From Nitrosopumilus sp. (GTDB lineage Archaea; Thermoproteota; Nitrososphaeria; Nitrososphaerales; Nitrosopumilaceae), in contig OZ250186.1 of the NCBI GenBank assembly GCA_965238275.1, positions 1,760,001 to 1,824,000 on the forward strand: 64,000 bases of DNA, written 5' to 3'. Each line of letters begins with the position of its first letter. The first letter of the stretch is position 1. A program made the position numbers and the translations under genes. The notes under the pieces were generated by a model. It had not been told where the DNA came from. It saw only the letters and a list, made by a program, of their open reading frames with translations, and did no database searches. Below are positions 10,852 through 19,809 of this stretch, in pieces.

Positions 10852-11958
10852 TCAGGCATGCTCGGCGGGTGTTGCCGTCTGACTGTCTTTTCTGCATGTG
10901 AATCCGCATTCGCCTAAGCGGCTGCGGATGTCCTGCGGAATCACTGCGATTTTCTCCTTCTTGAAGACAGGCAGCTTGCCTACAGGGTACCACGCACGTA
11001 CGTTCTTGCGCATCCCGACGAACAAAAGGCCCCTGCACCGCAGGGAGCCGATTGTGGACAGCGGTCCGCCACTCTTGAACCGCCGTTTTATGGTATCGTC
11101 TGTGCCAAATTTCTTTTGCAGGCCGGCATGCCCTGCAACCCATCCGTTCCTGACCACGAACCGCAGGCAGTCCCTCTCAGATTCAGAAAGGCCGCCCACC
11201 ACTTTTTGCAGCCTCTCAGATCGGAGTACAGATGAGATTACCCTTGCCTTCTCCCTTTTGGTGCTGCACTGCTCCTCAATTTCCAGGTTCTCCCATACGA
11301 GGTTCAGTATTGCCGCCGGAAGCTTGTTGAGTTCGGCAAGGATATTGGCGTCAGGCGAGATTGGTAATGTCGTGATGCGCCTTTTGGGTTTCATCTTGGG
11401 TCCGCCTGGCATTTTGCCGTACCCTGCGTACCCCCGGAGAAGATCGTCCATCCCAAGTATGCGGTGGGTGGAATCAGTCACCGCAGCTCCATGAAGGAGG
11501 CAGGAACCCTCACCAAAACGGTACAGCATTCCCACAAAGGATCTTGCAACCCTGAGCCTCTCTGCCGTGGTTTGGTCGGGGCGGATGCGGTAAATGGCGC
11601 CGTCGCTGCGCGATCTTGCCGTGATCTCCTGGCCGTTCCACTCCATCAGATCAAACTCGTCAAGGATTGCATTCTTCATCATGAGTATCATGGCTGCCAG
11701 GAAGCTGTCGTGCACGTAGCGTTCGACAAAGTCGTCAATCGGGGATTTTCCGCTGGCAGGATCTGCGGTAATGCTGAACCACAAGACGATCATCGCATCG
11801 TTGAACCTGTCTAGGTCCACGTCTGTCCTGTACGGGTACCGGCTACGGGCCGCCTCCAAGTCGTCGAGGCGTTCATTTAGCAGATACTCCTGAAAGACAC
11901 CCGGGAAATTCTCTTCTGTTACGTCGCAGTCTATGCAGTGGGGTGGGCGCATGTGCAT
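10852..11958 (-). CDS. Hypothetical protein, paralog A of a three-member family
   Basis: Aligns by eye with 14547-15488 and 15514-16659 over full length. Confidence 0.8.
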   Translation of the reverse strand: MHMRPPHCIDCDVTEENFPGVFQEYLLNERLDDLEAARSRYPYRTDVDLDRFNDAMIVLWFSITADPASGKSPIDDFVERYVHDSFLAAMILMMKNAILDEFDLMEWNGQEITARSRSDGAIYRIRPDQTTAERLRVARSFVGMLYRFGEGSCLLHGAAVTDSTHRILGMDDLLRGYAGYGKMPGGPKMKPKRRITTLPISPDANILAELNKLPAAILNLVWENLEIEEQCSTKREKARVISSVLRSERLQKVVGGLSESERDCLRFVVRNGWVAGHAGLQKKFGTDDTIKRRFKSGGPLSTIGSLRCRGLLFVGMRKNVRAWYPVGKLPVFKKEKIAVIPQDIRSRLGECGFTCRKDSQTATPAEHA

Positions 11959-12094
11959 AATATGCTTTGAGCCGTTCAGACGACGTGCATTTCAGGTTCC
12001 GTATTGGCCTACGAAAACTGCCAGCCACCCCGCAAACAATCATGGCCAGACCCGAAGCCGACGCGGATGTGCGTTCGGGTGTGTGTGGCCGCGC

Positions 12095-13717
12095 TCAGAC
12101 CGAGTCCAGCTCTGCCAGCAGGGCAGGACGCCTCGGGAACTCTTTGCGTATCGAATCGATAAACTTTTGAAACTCAAAGACGTGCCCCGGGACGGACTTC
12201 ATCAGGCGCAGGTGATCGCCAAATCGTCTGTAGTCCTTGCCGTCCCTGCCCGGGTCGGCACCCTCAAGCAGCTTCCTGTACGCTGCATAGTACCTGTCCG
12301 GGTACTGCATGCACAGGGGATCATGGTACGTCCCCAGCAGATCCAGGCTCCCTGCAGATACCACCTCCGAGACTGCCCGGTCATTGTGGCCTTCCCGGAG
12401 GAGCACACCCACCAGGGTTTTGAGATTCCCCATGCGTCGGAGTCTGTCAAGGACTGACTCGACGGCATCCTGCCTGTTGTCAGATGACTTTGTCAGGGAG
12501 TTGTAGTAACTCCACATGTCCGTGCTGCAAAAAAGCGTCTCCAACAGGATCACGCGCCTGGGCTCCCCGTCATGGTACAGTTGGAGGGCCGCATCCAGCA
12601 TGGCCCTGCAGGGGAACATGCCGATTCCCTCATCTGCCACGCTTTTGGCCCTGTCCAGATCCGACCCCTTTAGGTGCTCTATGTACTGCAGGCACACGTG
12701 TATGTTGGAGCGGTAGTTTTTCAGGTAGGCCTCCCCGCAGGACGGATCGCCGAGTTTGTCCAGGATGTGTATCTGCATGCTTGTCAGTGTCTCGTTGCTG
12801 ATGTCGCGTTTCCGGCGCATCCGGTCAGCCAGTATCGGCTCCAGCAAACCCTTCCAGTACAGCAGATCCTGCCTGTCAGTGCAGACGTTCTTGAGGGCGT
12901 CTGCACAGTATTCGATGAAATACGGTGCATCGGACTTTGCCAGATCAAACAGGTGCGATATGTGCTGGCGCTTCTGCCCATGTTCAAGTTTCTGCCCGTT
13001 TATGCAGTCGGCCATTCCCTCAGCGGCCTTGGCAAAATAGTTATCGTAACGCGCCTCGGCATCGTCAACTTGCTCCATGTTGGCCTCCACTGCATCTGCC
13101 ATGGCCGCGTATATGCTGAGTGCCTCTGCGTAGCCGGCCCCGTTTGCCATCGCCTTGGCCGTCTTGAAGAAGGGGCCTAGGTTCACCCGGGCATAGTAAC
13201 CGTCGCTCCTGTATCCCCTGGCATACACCCGGTCTATCTCCTCGCGGTAGTTTCTATTGCCCTTTACCCCGTGGTATGCCATAAACTGGCTCCGCAGGTC
13301 CTTGTCGCGCTTCATGGCAAGTTCAAGGAATTCCCTGAGGGACTCGGCGGATGCGTTCTTGAGGATGCTCTTGACGCCGGGGCCCCTCTTGGCGCGGCCT
13401 GTTCGGATGCTGTCAGGGTTTTGGGATACGTAAAGCAGGACTGCTGCGATATGCTCGCAGGCGTTCTTCTTGCACGTGCAGTCGCGCTTTGCGCCGCCGG
13501 AAAGCAGGGATGCCGTGACGCGGTACCTTTCTGTGTCTGCCACATACGCAATCACGGCCCCGCCGCTGACCTTTACTGAGGTTACAGCGCCGCGCTCAAG
13601 CAGCCTTTTGCCCCTCTCAAGGGATTCTGCGGTGCCTGCGTCCCATGTCCTGGGTTCTGCGGATCCGTCGGAGGGGTAACTGCCAGACTCGGGCCATCCC
13701 GGCACAGGGGTTCTCAT
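12095..13717 (-). CDS. SWIM zinc-finger domain protein
   Basis: RGKRLLERGAV...CTCKKNACEHIAAVLL (CxC-xn-CxH); helical C-terminus ending RRPALLAEL. Confidence 0.85.
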   Translation of the reverse strand: MRTPVPGWPESGSYPSDGSAEPRTWDAGTAESLERGKRLLERGAVTSVKVSGGAVIAYVADTERYRVTASLLSGGAKRDCTCKKNACEHIAAVLLYVSQNPDSIRTGRAKRGPGVKSILKNASAESLREFLELAMKRDKDLRSQFMAYHGVKGNRNYREEIDRVYARGYRSDGYYARVNLGPFFKTAKAMANGAGYAEALSIYAAMADAVEANMEQVDDAEARYDNYFAKAAEGMADCINGQKLEHGQKRQHISHLFDLAKSDAPYFIEYCADALKNVCTDRQDLLYWKGLLEPILADRMRRKRDISNETLTSMQIHILDKLGDPSCGEAYLKNYRSNIHVCLQYIEHLKGSDLDRAKSVADEGIGMFPCRAMLDAALQLYHDGEPRRVILLETLFCSTDMWSYYNSLTKSSDNRQDAVESVLDRLRRMGNLKTLVGVLLREGHNDRAVSEVVSAGSLDLLGTYHDPLCMQYPDRYYAAYRKLLEGADPGRDGKDYRRFGDHLRLMKSVPGHVFEFQKFIDSIRKEFPRRPALLAELDSV

Positions 13718-13872
13718 GCAGGATGCATGTGTGACGGGGTATTTTATGGATTCTGTGTGTGGCCGGAGGGAGACGTCTGCAGTTTAGTCGGGCAGGGGCA
13801 TGGCTCGTGAGGGCACATGTGAACTGTCGTCTCTTTTTGTTGAACGGCAGCATGCCCGTCTCATGCGCCGCG

Positions 13873-13976
13873 GCAATCTGCGCAGATTCCGTGTGGGAAC
13901 CCAGCCCTGCTCTCGGCTTTGGGCTTGATCTTTTTAGAAAAGCTGCAATCTGCGCAGATTCCGTGTGGGAATCCAG
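13873..13976. repeat. 32-bp direct repeat pair with 40-bp unique spacer
   Basis: GCAATCTGCGCAGATTCCGTGTGGGAA(C/T)CCAG at 13873 and 13945; contains perfect palindrome AATCTGCGCAGATT. Confidence 0.85.
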
Positions 13977-14213
13977 ATCGGCATACGACTTGTGATTTCG
14001 CGTATTGACGATAACCTGCCTGTCTGTATTTCTTTTCATGCCCGGCTCTGCCTGCTTGCGCGGTGTCTTGCCACCCGGGACAGTATTCTGCTTGCCGATC
14101 CTTGGATCCTGGTTGCAAGTACCATTTGATTTTCCGGTCGGTTTTTTCACACATGGCTGATTCAGGCCACCACAGTTGTCATTGCAGGTGCTTTGCACGG
14201 ATGAGGTTTGGTG

Positions 14214-14316
14214 TTTTCCAGTCGGGATCGTCCATGATGGGCGATTCTGCCAGTCGTTGTGGGGAGCCGGAGGGCATGGTTTATTTTCCAGTCGGGATCG
14301 TCCATGATGGGCGATT
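14214..14316. repeat. 33-bp direct repeat pair with 37-bp unique spacer
   Basis: TTTTCCAGTCGGGATCGTCCATGATGGGCGATT at 14214 and 14284; internal hairpin ATCGTCCA-TGA-TGGGCGAT. Confidence 0.85.
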
Positions 14317-14546
14317 TCGTTGCGATGCGTGGCAGCATTCCCGGAGTGTCATGCGCAACGGGGAAAAGCCGCAACCGATGCGTCCATTCCGTGCAGGACT
14401 GCCGGTTATGAGCCAGGCGTCTGAGGCAGAATGCCCGGCGGCCGTCCCGAGTGGCATTGCCCGGTGGCAGAAGCCCTTTCAGACACGGGCGTGCAGACTG
14501 GTTTTAGACGGGGCAGATCCTTCTACCTGCCTGCCTGCCCCGGATG

Positions 14547-15488
14547 TCAGGGCTGCCACCGTTTCAGCCCGAGGCACCCAAGCCGGTACATGGCTGCAAG
14601 CAGGTCCGGGGCCATGTACGCCGCGTTGAACACTGTAGACTGCTGACGGAATGCTATCCGCGCGACAAGGCAGGCGTACTCTAGTTCGTCAAGCATGTCC
14701 TCGAATCCGCGCCCGAACCGCTCCTGCAGGTCTGAATACTCTGCAAGTCCGCCGCCACGGGCAATGTATGCCAGACAGTCCCGGGCTGCGGGGGTAAGCA
14801 TTTCCAGTATCCTGCGCACCCTGTCCGTGGTGAGCGTCTTTGATATCTCCTGCGCCATCCGGGCATGCCCCATGCCGGACGGATCAATCCCAAGATTGTC
14901 GCAGGTGCCTTCCAGATCTAAAAGAGAATAGTTTTGCAGGAGCTGCAAAAGGCTGACGCCTGATGGAAGGTTCCCGGATCCGAGTCTGGCCATGGCCGAT
15001 TCGGAGTTTGAATTAAAGGCAATTTGCGTAACGTGTACTGCCCCCACTATCCTGTGTGTCTTGCCGCCGTTCCACGGGTGCACCAGTCCTGCAAACTCCA
15101 GACCGGGCACCAGATCCCTTGCGACGTGTTCTTCTGTCTCCAGACAGATGATACCCTTGCCTGTCCGGGATGCGGCCGTTATCAGCACGCCCCTGCATTC
15201 GAGCACAGAAAACAGGTCATGTTCCATCTCCTTTAGCAGGAGGATCCTTGACTTGAGCCTGCTCCCGCGCACGAACCTGTCTGTGAATTCGTCTAGAATG
15301 GTGGTTCCGGTTGCAGTGTTGACCATCTTGCAGGCGGCCCACAGCGATGCCTGGCTGAAGTGATCGTCCCGGTCCGGAGGGGTTTTGTAAGGGTATTTCT
15401 TTCCCATCACGTCGATGATATCGCCATAGTTCCACGTCACAAAATTCATGAAGCGATCCATAAAGTTCCCCTCATCGACTTCCAGCAT
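14547..15488 (-). CDS. Hypothetical protein, paralog B
   Basis: YPY, TGTTILDEF, GLVHPW, DCLAYIARGGG, LQERFG shared with paralogs. Confidence 0.8.
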   Translation of the reverse strand: MLEVDEGNFMDRFMNFVTWNYGDIIDVMGKKYPYKTPPDRDDHFSQASLWAACKMVNTATGTTILDEFTDRFVRGSRLKSRILLLKEMEHDLFSVLECRGVLITAASRTGKGIICLETEEHVARDLVPGLEFAGLVHPWNGGKTHRIVGAVHVTQIAFNSNSESAMARLGSGNLPSGVSLLQLLQNYSLLDLEGTCDNLGIDPSGMGHARMAQEISKTLTTDRVRRILEMLTPAARDCLAYIARGGGLAEYSDLQERFGRGFEDMLDELEYACLVARIAFRQQSTVFNAAYMAPDLLAAMYRLGCLGLKRWQP

Positions 15489-15513
15489 TACATGCGCGGT
15501 TTATGCGGGAGGA

Positions 15514-16659
15514 TTATATTTCTTCAGCATGCAGGGATTCGTCCCGGAGGGGCATTCGTGTTATGTCCTGGGGCCAGTCAGGCCAGAGACTGTGCATGCA
15601 GGCAAGTACGTCTTCTGGGACTACGACATGCCGGTATTTGCTGCCGCGCTCCAGCACCCCCACGACGAGGAGGCCCCTCTTCCGGAGGTGTCCTATCGTG
15701 GATGTGGGCATCCAGGACTTCCACAGTTCTGCCGCGTCGTCTTTGCCAAAGTGCTTCTGGAGGGCGGCATACCGGATGATGCCCCCCGCGTCAGTCACAT
15801 GAACCAGGCAGTCCATCTCTTTTTTGGAGAGGCCATATATCACGCCGCGGAGTCTTTCTGATGTGAGGAACGAGGATATCGCATCAATCTTTTCTGCCTT
15901 GATCATCTTTGCCGTGCTGATTTTCAGGGTAGTGGAGATTCCGTCTACCCACTTGAGCGTAAGGTTTGTGAGGATGGAGGCCAGAGTCTGCCCCCTGCCG
16001 ACAGGTATGGACTCGGCACTCTTTTTGGCTCGCGCATCCATCTTTTGGCCCATCCTAAGCAGGCGGCCTACCGTGTCAGGATCCAGTGCGGGCATGACGT
16101 TTTGGCCCTCTCCAAATCGGGGAACAGTCGGCGCCATATGCGGGGGCAGAGCCATGATCAGTATGCCGCATGTCTTGTGCGTCCCGTCCTCAAGCCACGG
16201 GTGTATTATTCCGAAAAACTTCGCCCCCGCGTCATAACTCACAAAGGTTTTACGCGTGACCATGATTCGATAGTTTCTGCCTGCGCTGTTTCTGGCAGTG
16301 ATGATTCCGTTGTTTGCGCCCCTCTGTCTCTTGCCCGTGGTCGTGACATCTGCAGTTACCTTTGAGATTATCGTAAACTCGTCATAAAACGCGCCCCTTG
16401 CCCGGAGCAACATCCCGGCAAGCCGGGCATCCTTTACAAATCTCCGGGTAAACTCTTCTAGTATGGTCATTCCAGTCCGGGGGTTGGTTCGTAGGAAGAT
16501 GAACCATACGAAGAACTGCTTGATGGCGTGTTCCTCGTTGTAATCGTTCAGATTATACGGACACTGGGAGCGGCTTGGTTCAACGTCATCGCCGTATACT
16601 GCAACGGCGTAATCGTAAAGGTGCTGCTCAAAGTTGTCTGTTGTGGTTACCGGAATCAT
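15514..16659 (-). CDS. Hypothetical protein, paralog C
   Basis: CPY, WFIF, TGMTILEEF, GIIHPW, DCLVHVTDAGG, LQKHFG, STIGHLRKRGLL. Confidence 0.8.
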   Translation of the reverse strand: MIPVTTTDNFEQHLYDYAVAVYGDDVEPSRSQCPYNLNDYNEEHAIKQFFVWFIFLRTNPRTGMTILEEFTRRFVKDARLAGMLLRARGAFYDEFTIISKVTADVTTTGKRQRGANNGIITARNSAGRNYRIMVTRKTFVSYDAGAKFFGIIHPWLEDGTHKTCGILIMALPPHMAPTVPRFGEGQNVMPALDPDTVGRLLRMGQKMDARAKKSAESIPVGRGQTLASILTNLTLKWVDGISTTLKISTAKMIKAEKIDAISSFLTSERLRGVIYGLSKKEMDCLVHVTDAGGIIRYAALQKHFGKDDAAELWKSWMPTSTIGHLRKRGLLVVGVLERGSKYRHVVVPEDVLACMHSLWPDWPQDITRMPLRDESLHAEEI

Positions 16660-16843
16660 GCAGGATGCATGCCGTGTACTAGAAATATTTCTTTCCGTGC
16701 AGGCGTGTCCGGGCAGATGCCCGAAGGCCAGTGCTTGAACCGGTATGTCCCCGTGGAATACAGTTTGGGTGTGGGCCGGACCCCGCTAGAATGAGACCGA
16801 TCAAATCCGAATGCCTTTTGGAGCAGGGGGTCGAGGGAAGGAC

Positions 16844-17122
16844 ATGAGCAAGAGACGTAGTCCCCAGGACAAGGCCAGGATAGTGATGGAGTTTTTTACC
16901 ACCAATGTGCCAGCTGCCGAATTGTGCCGAAAGCACAACGTGTCGCCTGCAACCTTCCAAGACTGGAAGGACAAGTTCCTGCAGGGAGGCAAGCAGGCTC
17001 TCATAAACAGGGGGGATGCAGCCAAAAACCATTTGGCAGAGGTGGAAAACCTCAAGCGCATAATAGGCGAGATCACCGTAGCCAACGACATTTTAAAAAA
17101 AACTTTGGAGGGAACAAAGTGA
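16844..17122 (+). CDS. IS3 OrfA (HTH)
   Basis: ELCRKHNVSPATFQDWK; A8 slippery run at 17095-17102 allows -1 shift into OrfB. Confidence 0.85.
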   Translation: MSKRRSPQDKARIVMEFFTTNVPAAELCRKHNVSPATFQDWKDKFLQGGKQALINRGDAAKNHLAEVENLKRIIGEITVANDILKKTLEGTK

Positions 17123-17952
17123 TGAGGATGCAGGCCGTAAGTGACGTAAGCAAGTGCATGAGCCTGAACAGGGCCCTGCAATACTGCGGCATGTCCAAAC
17201 ACTCCTGGTACTACACCAAGAAGCCAAGAGACATGGCCATGGACCCAGACGTGGTTGACGTGGTTAGGAAGATAGCCTCCAAGCGCCCCACGTACGGAAC
17301 CAGACGCATGGCCGCGCAGGTCGCCAGGGAGACAAACGTTCCAACAAATCGCAAGAAAATACAGCGGATATATCACAAAATAGGCTGGATCGAGCCCAAA
17401 AAAACTAAAAACGACATCATTCGTGCCTCAAGGCGCAGGAGGTTCAAGCCCACCGCACCCAACCAGCTGTGGGAGACTGACATAGCGTACATCCACTGCG
17501 GGGTCGACGGATGGTGCTACTGTTTCAATGTCCTTGACGTATTTACCAGAAAGTGGATGGCGCACATGTTTGACACCACGGCTCCTGCCCACACGGCAGT
17601 GCAATCGGTGCTAAAGGCGGTGTCGTCTGCAGGAGAGATCTCAAACCTGAGGCTCAGGACCGACAACGGTTCCCAGTACAGCAGCCGCGAATTCAAAAAG
17701 GCCATGCAGGCGCTGGGGATAAAGCACGAGTTCATCTGGAAGCAGACACCGGAACAGAACGGACACGTGGAGTCATTCCACGGGACGCTCAAAAGGGAGT
17801 ACATCTGGCCGCATGAGTTTGCGCGCTTTCAAGATGCAGAGGTCGTACTTGCAAAGGCCTTTGAGGACTACAACAAGGACAGGATCCACTCGGCTCTGGG
17901 GTATCTCACACCCGACGAGTTTATCGGCAAGATGGAGGTTGAGAATAAATGA
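17122..17952 (+). CDS. IS3 OrfB DDE transposase
   Basis: WETDI, TDNGSQY, NGHVESFHGTLKRE, RIHSALGYLTP. Confidence 0.92.
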   Translation: MRMQAVSDVSKCMSLNRALQYCGMSKHSWYYTKKPRDMAMDPDVVDVVRKIASKRPTYGTRRMAAQVARETNVPTNRKKIQRIYHKIGWIEPKKTKNDIIRASRRRRFKPTAPNQLWETDIAYIHCGVDGWCYCFNVLDVFTRKWMAHMFDTTAPAHTAVQSVLKAVSSAGEISNLRLRTDNGSQYSSREFKKAMQALGIKHEFIWKQTPEQNGHVESFHGTLKREYIWPHEFARFQDAEVVLAKAFEDYNKDRIHSALGYLTPDEFIGKMEVENK

Positions 17953-18351
17953 GAGACATGATTATTCGGAAAAAGATGCAAAAAGTGGTACCAAAAACAA
18001 GGATCCAGATCAACATACTATAGCCTGGATGTAAAGATATGTGCCAGATATATTGTGCGCTTGAAAAAGACGGACCCCGACAGGGTATCAGAGATCAAAA
18101 GTGAGGGGGCAAAAATCTTCCCTCACACGGATTATTACTTTGAACAAAGCAGTATCGCAAATGGTGAGCCCTGGCGGGAAAAGTTCTGTTGACTGTCAGG
18201 AACGCATTCTGACTGCAGAACCAAATCCCACACGCCCTCAGGCGCATTTGATCGTCACCGTCAGTACATGGTATTTCCAAATTCGAATTTAGAATGCCCG
18301 CATTGCCTCACAAACAGCCACATCCGTCCTGCCTAGGCACCAGCATGCAGT

Positions 18352-18379
18352 ATGTTTCTAAATTCGAATTTAGAAACAT
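18352..18379. repeat. Perfect 28-bp palindrome, copy 1
   Basis: ATGTTTCTAAATTCGAATTTAGAAACAT; degenerate copy at ~18274-18294. Confidence 0.9.
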
Positions 18380-18431
18380 TCAAGATCCATGCCTCCAACC
18401 ATACAAATAGAACCGGCGGCAACCCACCCCC

Positions 18432-18866
18432 ATGAGCGCGTCCCGGATGAGAGACAATGTGGAGAGATGGCTGGTTCACCATGATCTCTCCTTCAAATCC
18501 GTCAAGAATACTGAAAACACGTTTCACATACTGGTACGGCATACAAACCATCCAATCGAGATATTCGAGCCAAAGGCCCAGCCCGGAACAATAGTGGTCG
18601 GGGCCAAGGCAGTCATGAGAAACAACCAGATCAGAAGGTACCAGGAGTTCAACGAGGACGAGAAGAAGAGATGGGAGGAAAGGGTCAGGGACTTTTGCAC
18701 ATCCATTCATGCCATAAACCGCAACATGACAGAGGACGGCAAACAGAAGATTGGAGTGTACATTGTATTAGACAAGGACATCAACCAGCAGGTGCTGCTA
18801 GATGCGATAGACCAGATAGCAGTCATGCATGAAAAGACATCAAGGTTCCTGATGAAGACGTTCTAG
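18432..18866 (+). CDS. Conserved thaumarchaeal protein (DUF2299-like)
   Basis: MRDNVERWLVH...FLMKTF; family assignment from memory. Confidence 0.65.
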   Translation: MSASRMRDNVERWLVHHDLSFKSVKNTENTFHILVRHTNHPIEIFEPKAQPGTIVVGAKAVMRNNQIRRYQEFNEDEKKRWEERVRDFCTSIHAINRNMTEDGKQKIGVYIVLDKDINQQVLLDAIDQIAVMHEKTSRFLMKTF

Positions 18867-19450
18867 TTCGTGCCTGAACCGCATCACTCCTTACCCACAT
18901 CGAGTCCAAAACCCCCTACCCTTTGGAGTGAAACATGCCATTACACACAGGCACAGGGCAGGCACGCAGGGCCACAACATGCCAATCCGTGCCTAGGTGC
19001 TAAACCCCCCTGCACAGCCACCACACCTAGGCACGATCCCATATTTCCAAAAACGGCCGATTTGAGGGGGGGTTTAGCGTTCGTGCCTAGGGGTGCGATG
19101 CAACCCCCAAACCACCCCGATAGCTCACCAGAACATGCCCAATCTTTTATTTCCGTGCCTGAAAGCTAAACCCCCCAATAATGGGAGTATCCATGAGGCT
19201 ACAGGTGGTTCCAGGCACGCATCAGAATACCAGAATCAGTACAAGACAAGGCAGAGATGCCAATCAGACACGATGCGATATTCCATGTCCAGATTTCATC
19301 TTAGGAACCTTCAACTTTGAAGGCAGTAGGAAAACATTACATAGTGTCCGCGCATCAGAATGGCAAATGCAAACAGGGTACTGCTGTCAGCCTTGGTGAT
19401 TGGAGGCGTTGCAGTATTGTTATTTTTTGTGATCAATAATGAAGAAAATA

Positions 19451-19670
19451 CCATGCCAGAGCCACAGCCAGATGTGTCAAACCAGACCGCTGCCAGTATG
19501 CCTGGAGATGACGCAGACCCCATGCCAGAGCCACAGCCAGATGTGTCAAACCAGACCGCTGCCAGTATGCCGGGAAGTGTCACATACCCCATGCCAGAGC
19601 CACAGCCAGATGTGTCAAACCAGACCGCTGCCAGTATGCCGGGAAGTGTCACAGACCCCATGCCAGAGTC
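19451..19670 (+). repeat. Three 69-bp coding tandem repeats (MPEPQPDVSNQTAASMPG...)
   Basis: Near-identical units starting at ~19451, 19520, 19589. Confidence 0.95.
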
Positions 19671-19809
19671 ATCACGTGAGCATGGCATTCCAATAAATAA
19701 AATCACATGTCCCGATTCAAAAATACCTGTCTACTCCCCGGGCAACAGACCCGTCTGTGTATCTCCCCAGACGGTTCCAATGTTTGGATCTGCGGGTTGG
19801 GAATTACTA

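Larger units (their letters stand above)
16772..18012 (+). mobile_element. IS3-family insertion sequence (ends approximate)
   Basis: orfA HTH plus orfB DDE integrase core; weak TG...CA inverted ends; no target duplication seen. Confidence 0.8.

Noticed and set aside
13873-14316. Calling a bona fide CRISPR array
   Set aside because: Only two repeats per unit, the units are unrelated, and no cas genes or leader are visible; kept as a repeat finding.
5823-18012. Integrated element at tRNA-Asn
   Set aside because: No integrase and no duplicated tRNA 3' end found by eye.
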